Origin: Macrostomum hystrix
Taxonomy: Eukaryota; Animalia; Platyhelminthes
DNA length: 64,000 nucleotides
Direction of reading: 5' to 3'
Assembly: GCA_950097015.1 (NCBI GenBank)
Contig: CATNEN010000001.1
Span: forward strand, 3,782,001-3,846,000
The translations under genes and the position numbers were made by a program. Positions 46,001 through 58,959 of the stretch are shown here, in pieces (the first letter of the stretch is position 1; every line of letters begins with the position of its first letter). The notes beneath the pieces were generated by a model. The model saw only the letters and a program-made list of their open reading frames with translations. It made no database searches and was not told the origin of the DNA.

Positions 46001-49000
46001 TCGTGAGTGAAAATATGTGACCAAGAAGGACGGCAATTCGTAATTTTAACAGTAGAAAGACCACGGAGGTATTGAAAAACCCACTGCCTACTTCAAGATA
46101 GCTCCCAATCAACCGAATGACCGATTTTCGTGAAATTCTACCATATGGATTAAAATTTTCCACCCTTTACGATGAAAAAACTTTCAAAGTTAGTCTGTCC
46201 GACATCAGCATCATCCAGATATTTAGCGTTTCTTACCGAAGTCTCTGGTGACAAGGACCTCTATGGCAACTTGATTTTGACTCAATAACATGCCCCCGTT
46301 GTCTACCCAGTCCACGGACTGAACAGTACATTGGACCCAGTAAAGAAACCTAGGAGAAACAAAGAAAGTGGACTCACAAATCCAGCAGGAGCCGGCTTGT
46401 CCATGTCATTCTTGAGCACATCGGATAGCCAGGCCTGCTCCTCTAACGGCCTACTCGGATCAACGTGAGCAGCAATGGAAGGATAATGCTGTCGCAGCAC
46501 TTCCATATTGCGCTGGGTGAACAAACTGTGATAGGGTGAGGCGCAATGCTGCCTGTAACGGCACTGACCAGTCTTGACAATGTTCACGCAAACGTGCAAA
46601 TCGCGACAGCGCGGACTGTTGCAAACTAATCTGGGCACCAGACTGGACGGACAGATCTTTGGCAGCTTGTCAGATAGCCAGGCGCGCAGTCGGTGATTAG
46701 TGCTGGCCGACTCTCTTGTTGGCACCATCTCGGACAGATCCTTGTAGATGGGGTGAGTGCGTTGGGTTGAAATAATTGCAGGTGAGAGAAGCTTATAGAC
46801 CAGCAGATAGAGAGAAAAGCCTAATCGTAAGAGGGAGAAGACGGATCAAGAAACAGATCTAGAGAGAAGACACAAATCTAGAAAGAATACACAAATCTAG
46901 AGACAATACACAAATCTAGAGAGAAGAGACAGGTCTAGAGAGAATACACAGATCAAGAGAGAGAAAAGACAGATCAAGAGAGAGAAGAGACAGATCAAGA
47001 GAGAGAAGAGACAGGTCTAGAGAGAGAAGAGACAGGTCAAGAGAGAAGAGACAGAACAAGAGAGAGAAGAGACAGGTCTAGAGAGAGAAGAGACAGGTCT
47101 AGAGAGAGAAGAGACAGGTCTAGAGAGAGAAGAGACAGATCAAGAGAGAGAAGAGACAGAACAAGAGAGAGAAGAGACAGGTCTAGAGAGAGAAGAGACA
47201 GAACAAGAGAGAGAAGAGACAGGTCTAGAGAGAGAAGAGACAGGTCTAGAGAGAGAAGAGACAGGTCTAGAGAGAGAAGAGACAGGTCTAGAGAGAGAAG
47301 AGACAGGTCTAGAGAGAGAAGAGACAGAACAAGAGAAAGAAGAGACAGGTCTAGAGAGAGAAGAGACAGAACAAGAGAAAGAAGAGACAGAACAAGAGAA
47401 AGAAGAGACAGGTCTAGAGAGAGAAGAGACAGGTCTAGAGAGAGAAGAGACAGGTCTAGAGAGAGAAGAGACAGAACAAGAGAAAGAAGAGACAGGTCTA
47501 GAGAGAGAAGAGACAGGTCTAGAGAGAGAAGAGACAGAACAAGAGAAAGAAGAGACAGGTCTAGAGAGAGAAGAGACAGGTCTAGAGAGAGAAGAGACAG
47601 AACAAGAGAAAGAAGAGACAGGTCTAGAGAGAAGAGATAGGTCTAGAGAGAGAAGAGACAGATCTAGAGAGAAAATACACAGATCTAGAGAGAAAATACA
47701 CAGATCTAGAGAGAAGAGACAGAAGCAGACAAAGACAAAAATGGATAAAGAGAAAAATACAGGTACGAGCGTAAATGCTTAGAAATCAATAAATATAAAA
47801 GGAGACAAAGAAAATAGAGAAAACACGTACAAAAACACGCCTACCTGTTCAGACAGCCAGCCGAGAAATTTGGGCCAATTGTGATCATCGGCCAGGCTGT
47901 GACTCAGCTTACAATCGGCTTTGGTGCACTCTCCGCCAAGCCAACTGCGGCAGATGTGCAATAATTTACAATTAGCCTCGCGACAATCCGGCAGACTCCA
48001 ATTGTAGCGCGGACACAAGATTGGCTCGTAGGCCGACACTGGCATTGACGGCTGGTGAGTCACCGGCGGCTGATAATAAGCCGTCGAATAGCGCTGAGAC
48101 TGCTGCTGCTGCTGCTGCTGCTGCTGATCTTCTAGAAGAATTATTGAATTCTCAATTCTGATTTCTTTCTCTTTCAATTTTTTCACTAACTAATTGATTG
48201 AGTCTTTCAAAATCGTAGCACACAAATTTCTGAGTAGCGGAGCGTTACTCACGATGTTTGTCGCCAGCAATTTTTTCAAATACCAGAAGTTTCCAGGAAA
48301 TCAGTGCATACACTAAGCCTTGGTTGTTTATTTTTTTTAATTTTGTTTTAAAGCCATCTTTTAAAACGTGTTTTTACTACATTTTCTTTAAAATTTATCC
48401 TCTCGGGTGTCAATGATCTCTCTACATAGGTTAAATGTTTTATTCTCTATCATGAAGACGTCCGCAATCGGCATTCCGAAAATTTCTGGTCAGAATCAGC
48501 AATAGTAATTCTTTATTTAGCGATCCTTGATGTTCTTTGACGCAGTTTACTGTACTATTAATTTTTGGTTCTGACTGCTTTTAATGTTTATTTAATTATT
48601 TGATTAACCACTTCCTTTAAGTTGAACTCTTTGTTTCAGTTGCATTCTCTGTTTTGATTAACAGTCAAGCCATTCTTTATAAAGACGTAAGTGAATGCGT
48701 CTCTTTAGTGTTAGTTGCTTAGTTGTTTTTATTATGTTTTACAATTTTCGCATTTAAAATTCTCTGCCTTCGTATAGCGGGTTGGACGCAATGGAAACGA
48801 ATAGGCGAACGGTTATTATGGCGTTATAGTGATTTATGAAATGTATACTTAATAAAATTAAATGCGTTACAAAATCTCATTTAAGAGAAAAATCGACGCA
48901 TAGTTTAAGTATGCCTAGAAATGCCTAAAATATTTTTTTATTAAAGAAATATATATAAATGTCAAGACTGTACTTAGACTATGAAAAATATTAACAGCAT

Positions 49001-49999
49001 CAGAGCTGCGGGCAATGGCACATCATTTGGTGACACTAGACCCGCAGCCAGCGAGGAGGCAATTCTGCCCATTTCACAGACTCCGGAGCACACACGCACA
49101 CAGATACTGTACGCAGGCACAGTCACACAGGTGTGTACACCTGCCCTGACTTTATGATTGTCAGGCAGTGGTCACTCACTGTGCCTTGGAGGTTGGCCCT
49201 CAAGGGCGTAAATTGCACGACAAGCCCCCAAGCCTTCTATCCGCGGCTGCGTCCCAAATAAATGTGGCCTCGCCGCGGAATCGAGCTCAGGGATCTTGGC
49301 GCGAGAGTCAAACGCGTTAACCGCTCTGCCACTCAGCCCCTTTAGTTAGGCTAACTAACTAATGCACTCGGACATACAAAATCGCATCTCGGTACAAACT
49401 ACTAGCTGAGGCACTGAAGGATCATAGGGTCATAGTCTAAGATACTGAAGAATCAGAGAATAACTAAAACAAAAAACACAAACAGTTGTAAGGGAAGCAG
49501 TAACAAACAGTAGACTGGCAAATATTTAGCATCCTGAAATAGTGTCTGGACCTATCTAGAAAAGCAATGATTACTTACGCTAGTGATTTAGAACAAAACA
49601 AGACTCACCAAATCGATAATAAGGTGCCGGTCTACCCTCGCCACCGTATCTGCCGCGTTGAAATCTGGCACGGTAGCCGCCGCGATAATTATCGTAATTA
49701 TTATACCGACCGCCCCGACCAGAATCTGGGTCTCGCCGGTAATGATAATCGCCGCCTCCGCCACCACCGCCTCCCCTACGCCGATGATAATAATCATCCT
49801 GCGACGGTCGCTCGTCCTCGCGTCTGCGCGAACTGCTTCTACGACCGCCGCTACTGCCGCTTCGACGACGATAACCACTACGATCGTCGTCGGCGGCGTC
49901 GTCAAAATCGTTGTCAGCGGCGCGCGATTGACGACGATCTCCGCCGGAGCGGCGGTGCCTGTCGTCGCTTCGGTAACGATCGCGCGAATAATAATCCAT
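43001..49999 (-). CDS. ZAP/PARP12-type tandem CCCH zinc-finger protein (4 finger pairs) with R/G/D/Y-rich N-terminus and RS/charged C-terminus, ~720 aa
   Basis: Exons 49999-49609, 48131-47845, ~46740(or 46791)-46378, 45522-45262, 44877-44480 and 43463-43001; phases 1,0,0,0,2 are consistent. Each middle exon encodes C...C...C.xLH(I/V/L)C...C...C...H, e.g. CPRYNWSLPDCREANCKLLHICRSWLGGECTKADCKLSH. Confidence 0.85.
44068..44320 (-). mobile_element. SINE family A copy, intronic
   Basis: Colinear with 14969-15233. Confidence 0.8.
44378..44463 (+). mobile_element. SINE family A tRNA-like head, inverted relative to its neighbour
   Basis: tagcctagtag...gttcgattcccgactccactg...gtgtc. Confidence 0.75.
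44985..45235. repeat. ~37-bp degenerate tandem repeat, intronic
   Basis: ggttaccggtcagcaggcaaacacacataagggatag, period 37. Confidence 0.85.
46850..47725. repeat. 21-bp purine-rich satellite (agagagagaagagacaggtct), intronic
   Basis: About 40 copies. Confidence 0.95.
49001..49340 (-). mobile_element. tRNA-derived SINE family B, full length
   Basis: Box A tggcagagcgg, box-B-like gctcgattcc, 3' stem gctgcggg/cccgcagc; several copies in the window. Confidence 0.85.
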
Positions 50000-50189
50000 G
50001 GATTGTATTGCACTGATTGGCTTTGGATTGTACTAATTAGTATTTTTAGTGCGGTAAACACCGAACTGGAATGTGAATCGAGTCAGATTTAATATTATTT
50101 CCCATGAAATTTCTGCCTTATCTTCTCACCCTATTTCCCTTCCATATTATCCTACTAGAACTTAATGAACAACAAGTTAGTAACAGGTA

Positions 50190-51320
50190 TTCTTCACATT
50201 CTACACTTCCTTCTCCACGTTCTACTTTTCTTTAAACATATTCTACTATTCCATAAACACATTCTACTCTTCCTTCTACATACTCTAATTTTCTTTAAAC
50301 ACATTCTACTCTTCCTTGAACACATTCTACTCTTCTATCTTCATATTCTACTCTTCCTTCTACACATTGTACTCTTCCTTCTTCACATTGTACTCTTCCT
50401 TCTTCACATTGTACTCTTCCTTCTACACATTCTACTCTTCCTTCTACACATTCTACTCTTCCTTCTACACATTCTACTCTTCCTTCTACACATTCTAATC
50501 TTCCTTCTACACATTCTACTCTTCCTTCTACACATTCTACTCTTCCTTCTGCACATTCTACTCTTCCTTCTGCCCATTCTAATTTTCCTTCTACACATTC
50601 TACTCTTCCTTCTACACATTCTAATCTTCCTTCTACACATTCTACTCTTCCTTCTGCACATTCTACTCTTCCTTCTACACATTCTACTCTTCCTTCTACA
50701 CATTCTACTCTTCCTTCTACACATTCTACTCTTCCTTCTACACATTCTAATCTTCCTTCTACACATTCTAATCTTCCTTCTACACATTCTACTCTTCCTT
50801 CTACACATTCTACTCTTCCTTCTGCACATTCTACTCTCCTTCTGCACATTCTAATTTTCCTTCTACACATTCTACTCTTCCTTCTACACATTCTAATCTT
50901 CCTTCTACACATTCTACACTTCCTTCTGCACATTCTACTCTTCCTTCTGCACATTCTAATTTTCCTTCTACACATTCTACTCTTCCTTCTACACATTCTA
51001 ATCTTCCTTCTACACATTCTACTCTTCCTTCTGCACATTCTAATTTTCCTTCTACACATTCTACTCTTCCTTCTGCACATTCTAATTTTCCTTCTACACA
51101 TTCTACTCTTCCTTCTGCACATTCTAATTTTCCTTCTACACATTCTACTCTTCCTTCTACACATTCTACTCTTCCTTCTACACATTATACTCTTCCTTCT
51201 ACACATTCTACTTTTCCTTCTGCACATTCTAATTTTCCTTCTACACATTCTACTCTTCCTTCTACACATTCTACTCTTCCTTCTGCACATTCTACTCTTC
51301 ATTCTACACATTCTACTATT
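50190..51320. repeat. 21-bp pyrimidine-rich satellite (cacattctactcttccttcta)
   Basis: About 53 copies. Confidence 0.97.
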
Positions 51321-52309
51321 TCTTAAAAAAAACTGTGAACTTGCTTTTTGAGGGTAGAATGTATAGTTAATTGATATATGGCATATATTTTGTTGCTTAC
51401 ATATGATAAAAGTTTGGTGCGAATGAAAATGATTTGAAAATGAAGTGCATTATCAACCAAATTGCACAGAAAACTTTTATTATCAAAAAAAGAAACAACA
51501 TGGAGTACTGGCGCTATCTTTGAAATAATTTCGTTTAAAATACACCGACTAACAATAATGCGAGGCTAACTACTTATCAAAGTAGCATATAAAGCAATTT
51601 AAACTAGATAACACAAATCTTTGTAAAAACAAGAACATGGTTGGCATAATTTTTTTTTTTGAAAATTGAATAATAATAGTAACAATTAATCACTTGTAAG
51701 CTAGACAACAAAATGCGTTTATATCTGAACAAAAACAAATAGCCAAATAGAAACACAAAACGTAATCAAATGGTAACAAAGGAGGTAGCTAAACTAAAAT
51801 AACACATGCTCTGACATATGCAAAAAACTATAAGAAGTACGAGTAAAAATTTTACTCGTAAAATCGTTTCGACTGGCAAAAAGGCCAAAAAATAATTACT
51901 ACTTATGTAGCTGGTGACAGTAATACAAAAAAACAACGATATTAACAATGCCCGATAGAATTTGATCCATTTGTAATTCTTAAACAAGGTCAAAGGTCAG
52001 TTAAGTAAATGTTCGAAGCTATAAATAGGTTTTATATAAATACCTAAAAAGGAATGTTAAACTTATCAAAAAGCAAGCAAACCTTAAATAAAAAAACAAA
52101 GAGATACAAAAATACATTCCGATCAGAAAAAAATAGATAATTTGCACGACACCGACTTGCTGATAATCTGAATGAAAAAAAACTGTGACAGCGAATAAAA
52201 AAGCGAACAAGATACAAAACAGCGACATGAATTTAATAGTAAAACAACAAAACTACTCAAACGATTTCAAAGCGAAGGCAAGACATAAAAACCATCATAC
52301 CATCATCAT

Positions 52310-52640
52310 TTTCATAATCTCTATCCACAGTTCGATAATCTCTATATAAACTTCCATAACCTCTACCCAAGCTTCTATAATCTCTACCCAAACTTCCATA
52401 ATCTCTACCAAACTTCTATAATCTCTATCCAAACTTCCAAATTCTCTACCCAAACTTCCATAATCTCTATCCAAAGTTTCATAATCTCTACCCAAACTTC
52501 CATAATCTCTATCTACACTTCGATAATCTCTATCCAAACTTCCATAATCTCTTTCTAAACTTCCATAATCCTTAATCCTTATCCATACTTCCATAATCCT
52601 TATCTATACTTCCATAATCTTTATCACAACTTCTATAATC
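52310..52640. repeat. 21-bp degenerate minisatellite (ttccataatctctatccaaac), just downstream of the RGS stop
   Basis: About 15 diverged copies. Confidence 0.9.
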
Positions 52641-52710
52641 TGTATTTTAACAAATAATAATAGAAATCTTATCCGTCAATATGCAATCAGATGATAAAAA
52701 GAAAATAATT

Positions 52711-55700
52711 TCAACTTCCTGTTCCACCAGAGCTGGAACCGGAAGCCCCGGCGACGGTGGTGACGGCAGCGGCGGCGTTTGCGGTGCCAGTATCAGCCTC
52801 ACAATTAGCAATCTCGGTAGCGGCAGTCCCGGCAACGGGCGCACTATTATTACCAGCCGATGCTAGATTGCGTCTGACATCGCTAGGAAATCGTTTCTTG
52901 CTCTTCTTTTTACAACCGGCCAACAGATCGCGGTAATAATCCGAATGAACAAATCTACCGTAGGAATCCGATCTCATTAGCTGGAAAATGTGCTCTTCCG
53001 CTTCTTCGAAGGTGAACCGATCCGAGTGGCGACCGTCCATGCGTCGGCGGACATTGTCAGCAACGTGGCCAGCGAGATTCACCGGCTCCTGAGCTTCCGG
53101 GCCAAGGAAATTGGCGTAGATGCGCTGCAGTTCGGCGCCGATTTGACTCTGAGGAAGCCGACGAAGCTCCTGGATGAAAAATATAATAGATAACCATGTA
53201 AACGAGCTTTAATACTTTTTTCATAGCATTATTTTTAGTTACATCCTTACCACACTACTCGAAGTAAGCGACTTAGATTTGTTCCATATTTCTTATAATA
53301 CCCATCAGATATATTCAAACCGGCATCTATTTTTTGGTGAAAAGAAACCAATTTGCTAGGGCAAAAGACGACGAAGTGGAAAGTAATGAAGGGAAGTAGT
53401 AATTATCTCGGAGCCTGGACGAGAAGGCACAGCTACTTCAAAGTCGCTTCCTTCTTGGCTAAGCTTACAAAAGCCAAGCCTTGCTGGCTTGAATCTCAAC
53501 CAGAATCCCAAATATTTAATCCGACTAAAAGGGATCTAAAAATAGGACAACTGATGAGACCCACAAACACACACCCAAGCAACAGTAGCAGCAATTAGAC
53601 TAGCATAAAAAGCAGTCATTCAATACTTGATACTGAAAAGAAATAAAAGAACAGTGTCTTTTGCACGCATCCATCGTTCTTTGCCCGTGGCTAGGCGGAA
53701 ATCTAACAATAATAAACTCCACCCTTAACTTGTCAATTGACAATAATCCAGGAAAATTGAAGGTTTAATATAATAATAATAATAATTGCTGGAGGGCTGC
53801 GGGCATGGCACATCATTTTGTGACTTTAGACCCGCAGCCAGTGATGAGGCAATTCTGTCCATTCCGCTGACTCCTGAGCGCACACGCACACAGATACCGT
53901 ACGCAGGCACACGCTCACACAGGTGTGTACACCTGTCCTGACTTTCTTGTCGTTAGGCAGTGTACACTCTCACTGTGCCTTGGAGGTTGGCCCTTAAGGG
54001 CGTTAATTGCACGACAACGTGGACAAGCCACCAAGCCTTCTCTCCGCGGCTGCGCCATAAATAAATGTGGCCTCGCCGCGGAATCGAACTCATGGACCTT
54101 GGCGCGAGAGGCAAACGCGTTCAACGGTCTGCTACTTCCCTGACATATTCCAGGTTTAGGAAAATTCATATTTGTATTTTTCGAGGCGCTGCATTCTCAC
54201 TGCTAGCATATAGTGACCTAAAATGGACATTACAAAGTTTAATAATCTGCCGATATGTATCGAAAAAGCAGTTTTATACAAACCTGACAAGCCTCCCAGA
54301 AGCTGAGATTCTCCCTGCTGAACTCTTTTTCTAGCCAGCGCTCGAATTCAATTCTACCAGCCGGGTCGCGCAGCAATTCGTGAATGCCGAACGCCCAGCG
54401 TTTCACCCGCCTAGCCGGTATGTCGTGAGTTCGACGCTCAGAGTCCCAGAATTCTGGCGAATCAGTGGCCCAAGGATTTGGAAAGGCCTCTGGTAGGCCG
54501 CCTCCAACGAATGCGTCGAATTCTCGCCACTGATTGCAGTGAGCCGCGAAGCACTCTGCAGCTTTGGACACCTGCGATTATTGGGGAGAAATTAGAGACT
54601 GAAGGATCGTTGGGAGAGACTGAAGGATCGGTGGGAGAGACTGAAGGATCGGTGGGAGAGACTGAAGGATCGGTTGGAGAGACTGAAGGATCAGTGGGAG
54701 AGACTGAAGGATCGGTGGGAGAGACTGAAGGATCGGTGGGAGAGACTGAAGGATCGGTGGGAGAGACTGAAGGATCGGTGGGAGAGACTGAAGGATCGGT
54801 GGGAGAGACTGAAGGATCGGTGGGAGAGACTGAAGGATCGGTGGGAGAGACTGAAGGATCAGGGAGAGGGACTGAAAGATCAGGGAGAGAGACTGAAGGA
54901 TCGGTGGGAGAGACTGAAGGATCAGTTGGAGAGACTGAAGGATCGGTGGGAGAGACTGAAGGATCGGTGGGAGAGACTGAAGGATCGGTGGGAGAGACTG
55001 AAGGATCAGTGGGAGAGACTGTAGGATAAGGGAGAGGGACTGAAAGATCAGGGAGAGAGACTGAAGGATCAGTGGGAGAGACTGAAGGATCAGTGGGAGA
55101 GACTGTAGGATAAGGGAGAGGGACTGAAAGATCAGGGAGAGAGACTGAAGGATCAGTGGGAGAGACTGAAGGAAAGGGGACAGGGACTGAAAGATTAGGC
55201 TGAGAGTTACTGAAGGAAAGGGGAGGCGATAATTAAAGTCCTCAAATGTCTATCTAGGACGATATTTAAGGTGAGGTTAAAAGTACAGAATTAGCTCTTG
55301 AAGTGTGTAGTTCTAAAACCGGAAACGTAATTACCGATTACCTTTTACAGAACAAAAAAGTGGCCTAAATTAATAATCCCATTATACCAATCCCACCCAA
55401 TAATCCCATTATACCAATCCCACCCAATAATCCCAATATATCACTCCCACCCAATAATCCCATTACATCTGTCCCACCCAATAATCTCATTATAACAATC
55501 CCACCCAATGATCCCCTTATATTACTTATATCCCCTTATATCACTGTATTAAAATTCATTCGCCTAAATTTTACCTAACGAAAGATTCATTTATAGAAAA
55601 AATTAACGTTCATTAACAGGGATATTATTTTATATCGTTTCATGACTGCATTTTTAATATAGAATCATTGCATGGAATAGCCATAAGACCTAACGAACGA

Positions 55701-58700
55701 AACTAGATTTTGATGCTATTTTCTTTTGATGGAATAATTCACGAACAAAAATGTTCGCTTTCCGATAATAGCTTAGCAATTAAAACGATCTGAAAGACAA
55801 TCATAATTCCTACCAGAATTTAAAATATCCGAAATTCTACTTAGCTACAGCTACTTCACTATGATGACTTAAGAAGATTATAATATTTGAGTACGAACTC
55901 ATCCGGGTACTCTTAAAGAAATATTTTTGTTCCACATCATCACTGTAACGGAAGAACATGGTACGATTCTAGCTGTAGTTTTTTACTACTAGTTATAACG
56001 CAATTGCGACGGTTCTTGCTGCGATTCCAGCTGCAGCTTTAGCTAAATCTTGCTGCGATTCTAAATAAACTTATATTGCTACAGTTCTTGCTGCAGCTTT
56101 TGTTAAGATTTTTGCTGCGATTCCAGCTGCACCTTTTGCTAGATCTTGGTGCGATTCAAGCTGCACCGTTTGCTACATCTTGGTGCGATTCCAGCTGCAC
56201 CTTTTGCTACATCTTGGTGCGATTCCAGCTGCACCTTTTGCTACATCTTGGTGCGATTCCAGCTGCACATTTTGCTACATCTTGGTGTGATTCCAGCTGC
56301 ACCTTTTGCTACATCTTGGTGCGATTCCAGCTGCATCTTTTGCTACATCTTGGTGTGATTCTAAATAAACTTATATTGCTACAGTTCTTGCTGCAGCTTT
56401 TGTTAAGATTTTTGCTGCGATTCCAGCTGCACCTTTTGCTAGATCTTGGTGCGATTCCAGCTGCACCTTTTGCTAGATCTTGGTGCGATTCCAGCTGCAC
56501 CTTTTGCTACATCTTGGTGCGATTCCAGCTGAACATTTTGCTACATCTTGGTGTGATTCCAGCTGCACCTTTTGCTACATCTTGGTGCGATTCCAGCTGC
56601 ATCTTTTGCTACATCTTGGTGTGATTCTAAATAAACTTATATTGCTACAGTTCTTGCTGCAGCTTTTGTTAAGATTTTTGCTGCGATTCCAGCTGCACCT
56701 TTTGCTAGATCTTGGTGCGATTCCAGCTGCACCTTTTGCTAGATCTTGGTGCGATTCCAGCTGCACCTTTTGCTACATCTTGGTGCGATTCCAGCTGCAC
56801 CTTTTGCTACATCTTGGTGCGATTCCAGCTGCACATTTTGCTACATCTTGGTGTGATTCCAGCTGCACCTTTTGCTACATCTTGGTGCGATTCCAGCTGC
56901 ATCTTTTGCTACATCTTGGTGTGATTCTAAATAAACTTATATTGCTACAGTTCTTGCTGCAGCTTTTGTTAAGATTTTTGCTGCGATTCCAGCTGCACCT
57001 TTTGCTAGATCTTGGTGCGATTCCAGCTGCACCTTTTGCTACATCTTGGTGCGATTCCAGCTGCACCTTTTGCTACATCTTGGTGCGATTCCAGCTGCAC
57101 CTTTTGCTACATCTTGGTGCGATTCCAGCTGCACCTTTTGATACATCTTGGGGCGATTCCAGCTGCACCTTTTGCTACATCTTGGTGCGATTCCAGCTGC
57201 ACCTTTTGCTACATCTTGGTGCGATTCCAGCTGCATCTTTTGCTACATCTTGGTGTGATTCCAGCTGCACCTTTTGCTACATCTTGGTGCGATTCCAGCT
57301 GCACCTTTTGCTACATCTTGGTGCGATTCCAGCTGCACCTTTCGTTATAATACTTGCTGCGATTCCAGCAACGATTCTTACAAGTTAGGAGTCTTGAAAG
57401 AATCTTGTTTGGAATCCTTATTAAGTCTAAAATTAAGCCTAACAAGCCGTTGAAACTTGAAAAGCATACCTTAACCCGACGCCTGGACAATGCAGTCCTC
57501 AGCTTGTCGGCGTGCATAGCCGAGTCGCAATCTTCCACTGGGCTCATCCGGCCGCTGGGAATAGGGAAATTTGCCGGCCTCTGGCACGGCTTCTTTGGTC
57601 GTTTAGCTCGGCAAAGTTTGCGCATATCCAACTCGGTGGCGGACACTGAGCCAGGCGGCGGACGATACAGTATCCAGAAGCCGCGCTCCTGGCTCTCGAG
57701 GACTCGGCGCTCCAGGCGATCGCATTTCCTGGAGAAAAAGAACATTTTTGATAGCCTTAACTGATCGATTAGGATTGGTATAAAAACTAATGGATTGGGT
57801 CAATTAATTGATTGATTGATTGAAGAAGAAAAATATGATTGATTAGTAAGGCGTAAATAACGGATTTTTATAAAAACCATCGATTTTGACGGTTTTGACA
57901 ATGAATTTAACATATCATAACTGATCAATTTGAATGAGCAAATTAAACATTGGGAAGGAATAACAGATAAATTGTAATGGGAAAATCGACGATAACGAAC
58001 CTGTCAACTTTAGCTTCAGCCTCAGCTTGCAAATAAATGAGTTCCCATTTGTGAGACAGCAATCTCTGCAGTCGGGCCAAATTCTCAGCCTCATAATCGG
58101 CCAATTCCAATCGTTGCTTATTTAAAAGAGTTCGCTTGCACAGGTAAACGGCATAGTCCGTATTGTCTAGCCTCTCGGGCGATTTGCTTGGCCATAGGCA
58201 AGGCGTTTGAAATCGATAGTAAGAGGAATCGTTTCTAACCGCTAACTGGTGACCCTCGACCGGTATGATGTAACCGTGAGTAGCCAGCATGGAAGCCAAA
58301 TGGCACGCTTCCTGTGAATCATCAGCGTCTGTGTTGGCCTGCAGCCAGGAGCACATTTCGGCCCCGGTGAAGCAGGACGGACGCGATGACATGAATGACT
58401 TCACAGTGCGAACACTGATACCCGTGTCCTCATTCTGCATACGTTCTAATAGGCGTTCGAGCTTGGCCCAGAGGAATGTATTTGGATGCTGCGGCCTATC
58501 CAGCTGGTGCTGTTGATGACTGCCTTGTGCCAAACTGCGCTGACGCCTAGCGCTGCTGCCGCTGCTACTACAGCTGGCACCGCCAACAATGCCTGCAGCA
58601 AAAGTGACAGTCGGTGTGGTTGAACTGGAAGCTCCAGACACCGATGATGGCGATGAAGACGAAGAACAAGAAGCCTCTAAACCAGTTGAATATGTCGAAG

Positions 58701-58959
58701 GCAACGATGATTGACTGCCACTAATTCCAGATGTGCCAGCTTTATTACTATCATTTCTACTATTAGATTGGTGATGCTGCTGCTGATTATTGTTACTATG
58801 ACGACAATTAGTAGCTGATGACAAATTTGAAGACGATGATGTAGGCTGCTTTAGAATACCAGCTACACTGCCACTGTTGTTGCCGCTGCTGCCGCCACCG
58901 ACACTGCTACTGCTGCTACCGCTGCCACTGACTCGGGACTGCTGGCGTCTATTAACCAT
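52711..58959 (-). CDS. RGS7: R7-family regulator of G-protein signalling (RGS6/7, EGL-10-like; DEP-DHEX-GGL-RGS), ~654 aa
   Basis: Exons 58959-58001, 57728-57470, 54571-54284 and 53169-52711 (1965 nt). Motifs MQNEDTGISVRTVKSF, YRFQTPCLWPS, DYAVYLCKR, LELADYEAENLARLQ, SQERGFW..YRPPPG, NPW..D..FW, RVKRWAF, KEFSRENLSFW and LMRSDSYGRF. Confidence 0.95.
53790..54135 (-). mobile_element. SINE family B, full length, with (ATT)n tail
   Basis: Colinear with 49001-49340; the (aat)n run at 53766-53786 is the tail. Confidence 0.85.
54594..55215. repeat. 21-bp satellite (gagactgaaggatcggtggga), RGS intron 2
   Basis: About 29 copies. Confidence 0.95.
55372..55540. repeat. 27-bp minisatellite (taatcccattataccaatcccacccaa)
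   Basis: About 6 diverging copies. Confidence 0.85.
56020..57370. repeat. 34-bp satellite (gcgattccagctgcaccttttgctacatcttggt) with ~300-bp higher-order unit, RGS intron 2
   Basis: Marker ctaaataaacttatattgc recurs at 56061, 56361, 56627 and 56927. Confidence 0.95.

Noticed and set aside
49040-49062. gcctcctcgctggc on - is identical to the HDV ribozyme P3/L3
   Set aside because: There is no GG for P1.1 and no P2 partner, and the sister copy near 53840 reads gcctcatcactggc.
50165-51311. Long ORFs such as (HILLFLL)n and (MCRRKSR)n; likewise ORFs at 32479, 33774, 54478, 56480 and 10301
   Set aside because: They are translations of stop-free satellite units, with no unique domains or splice context.
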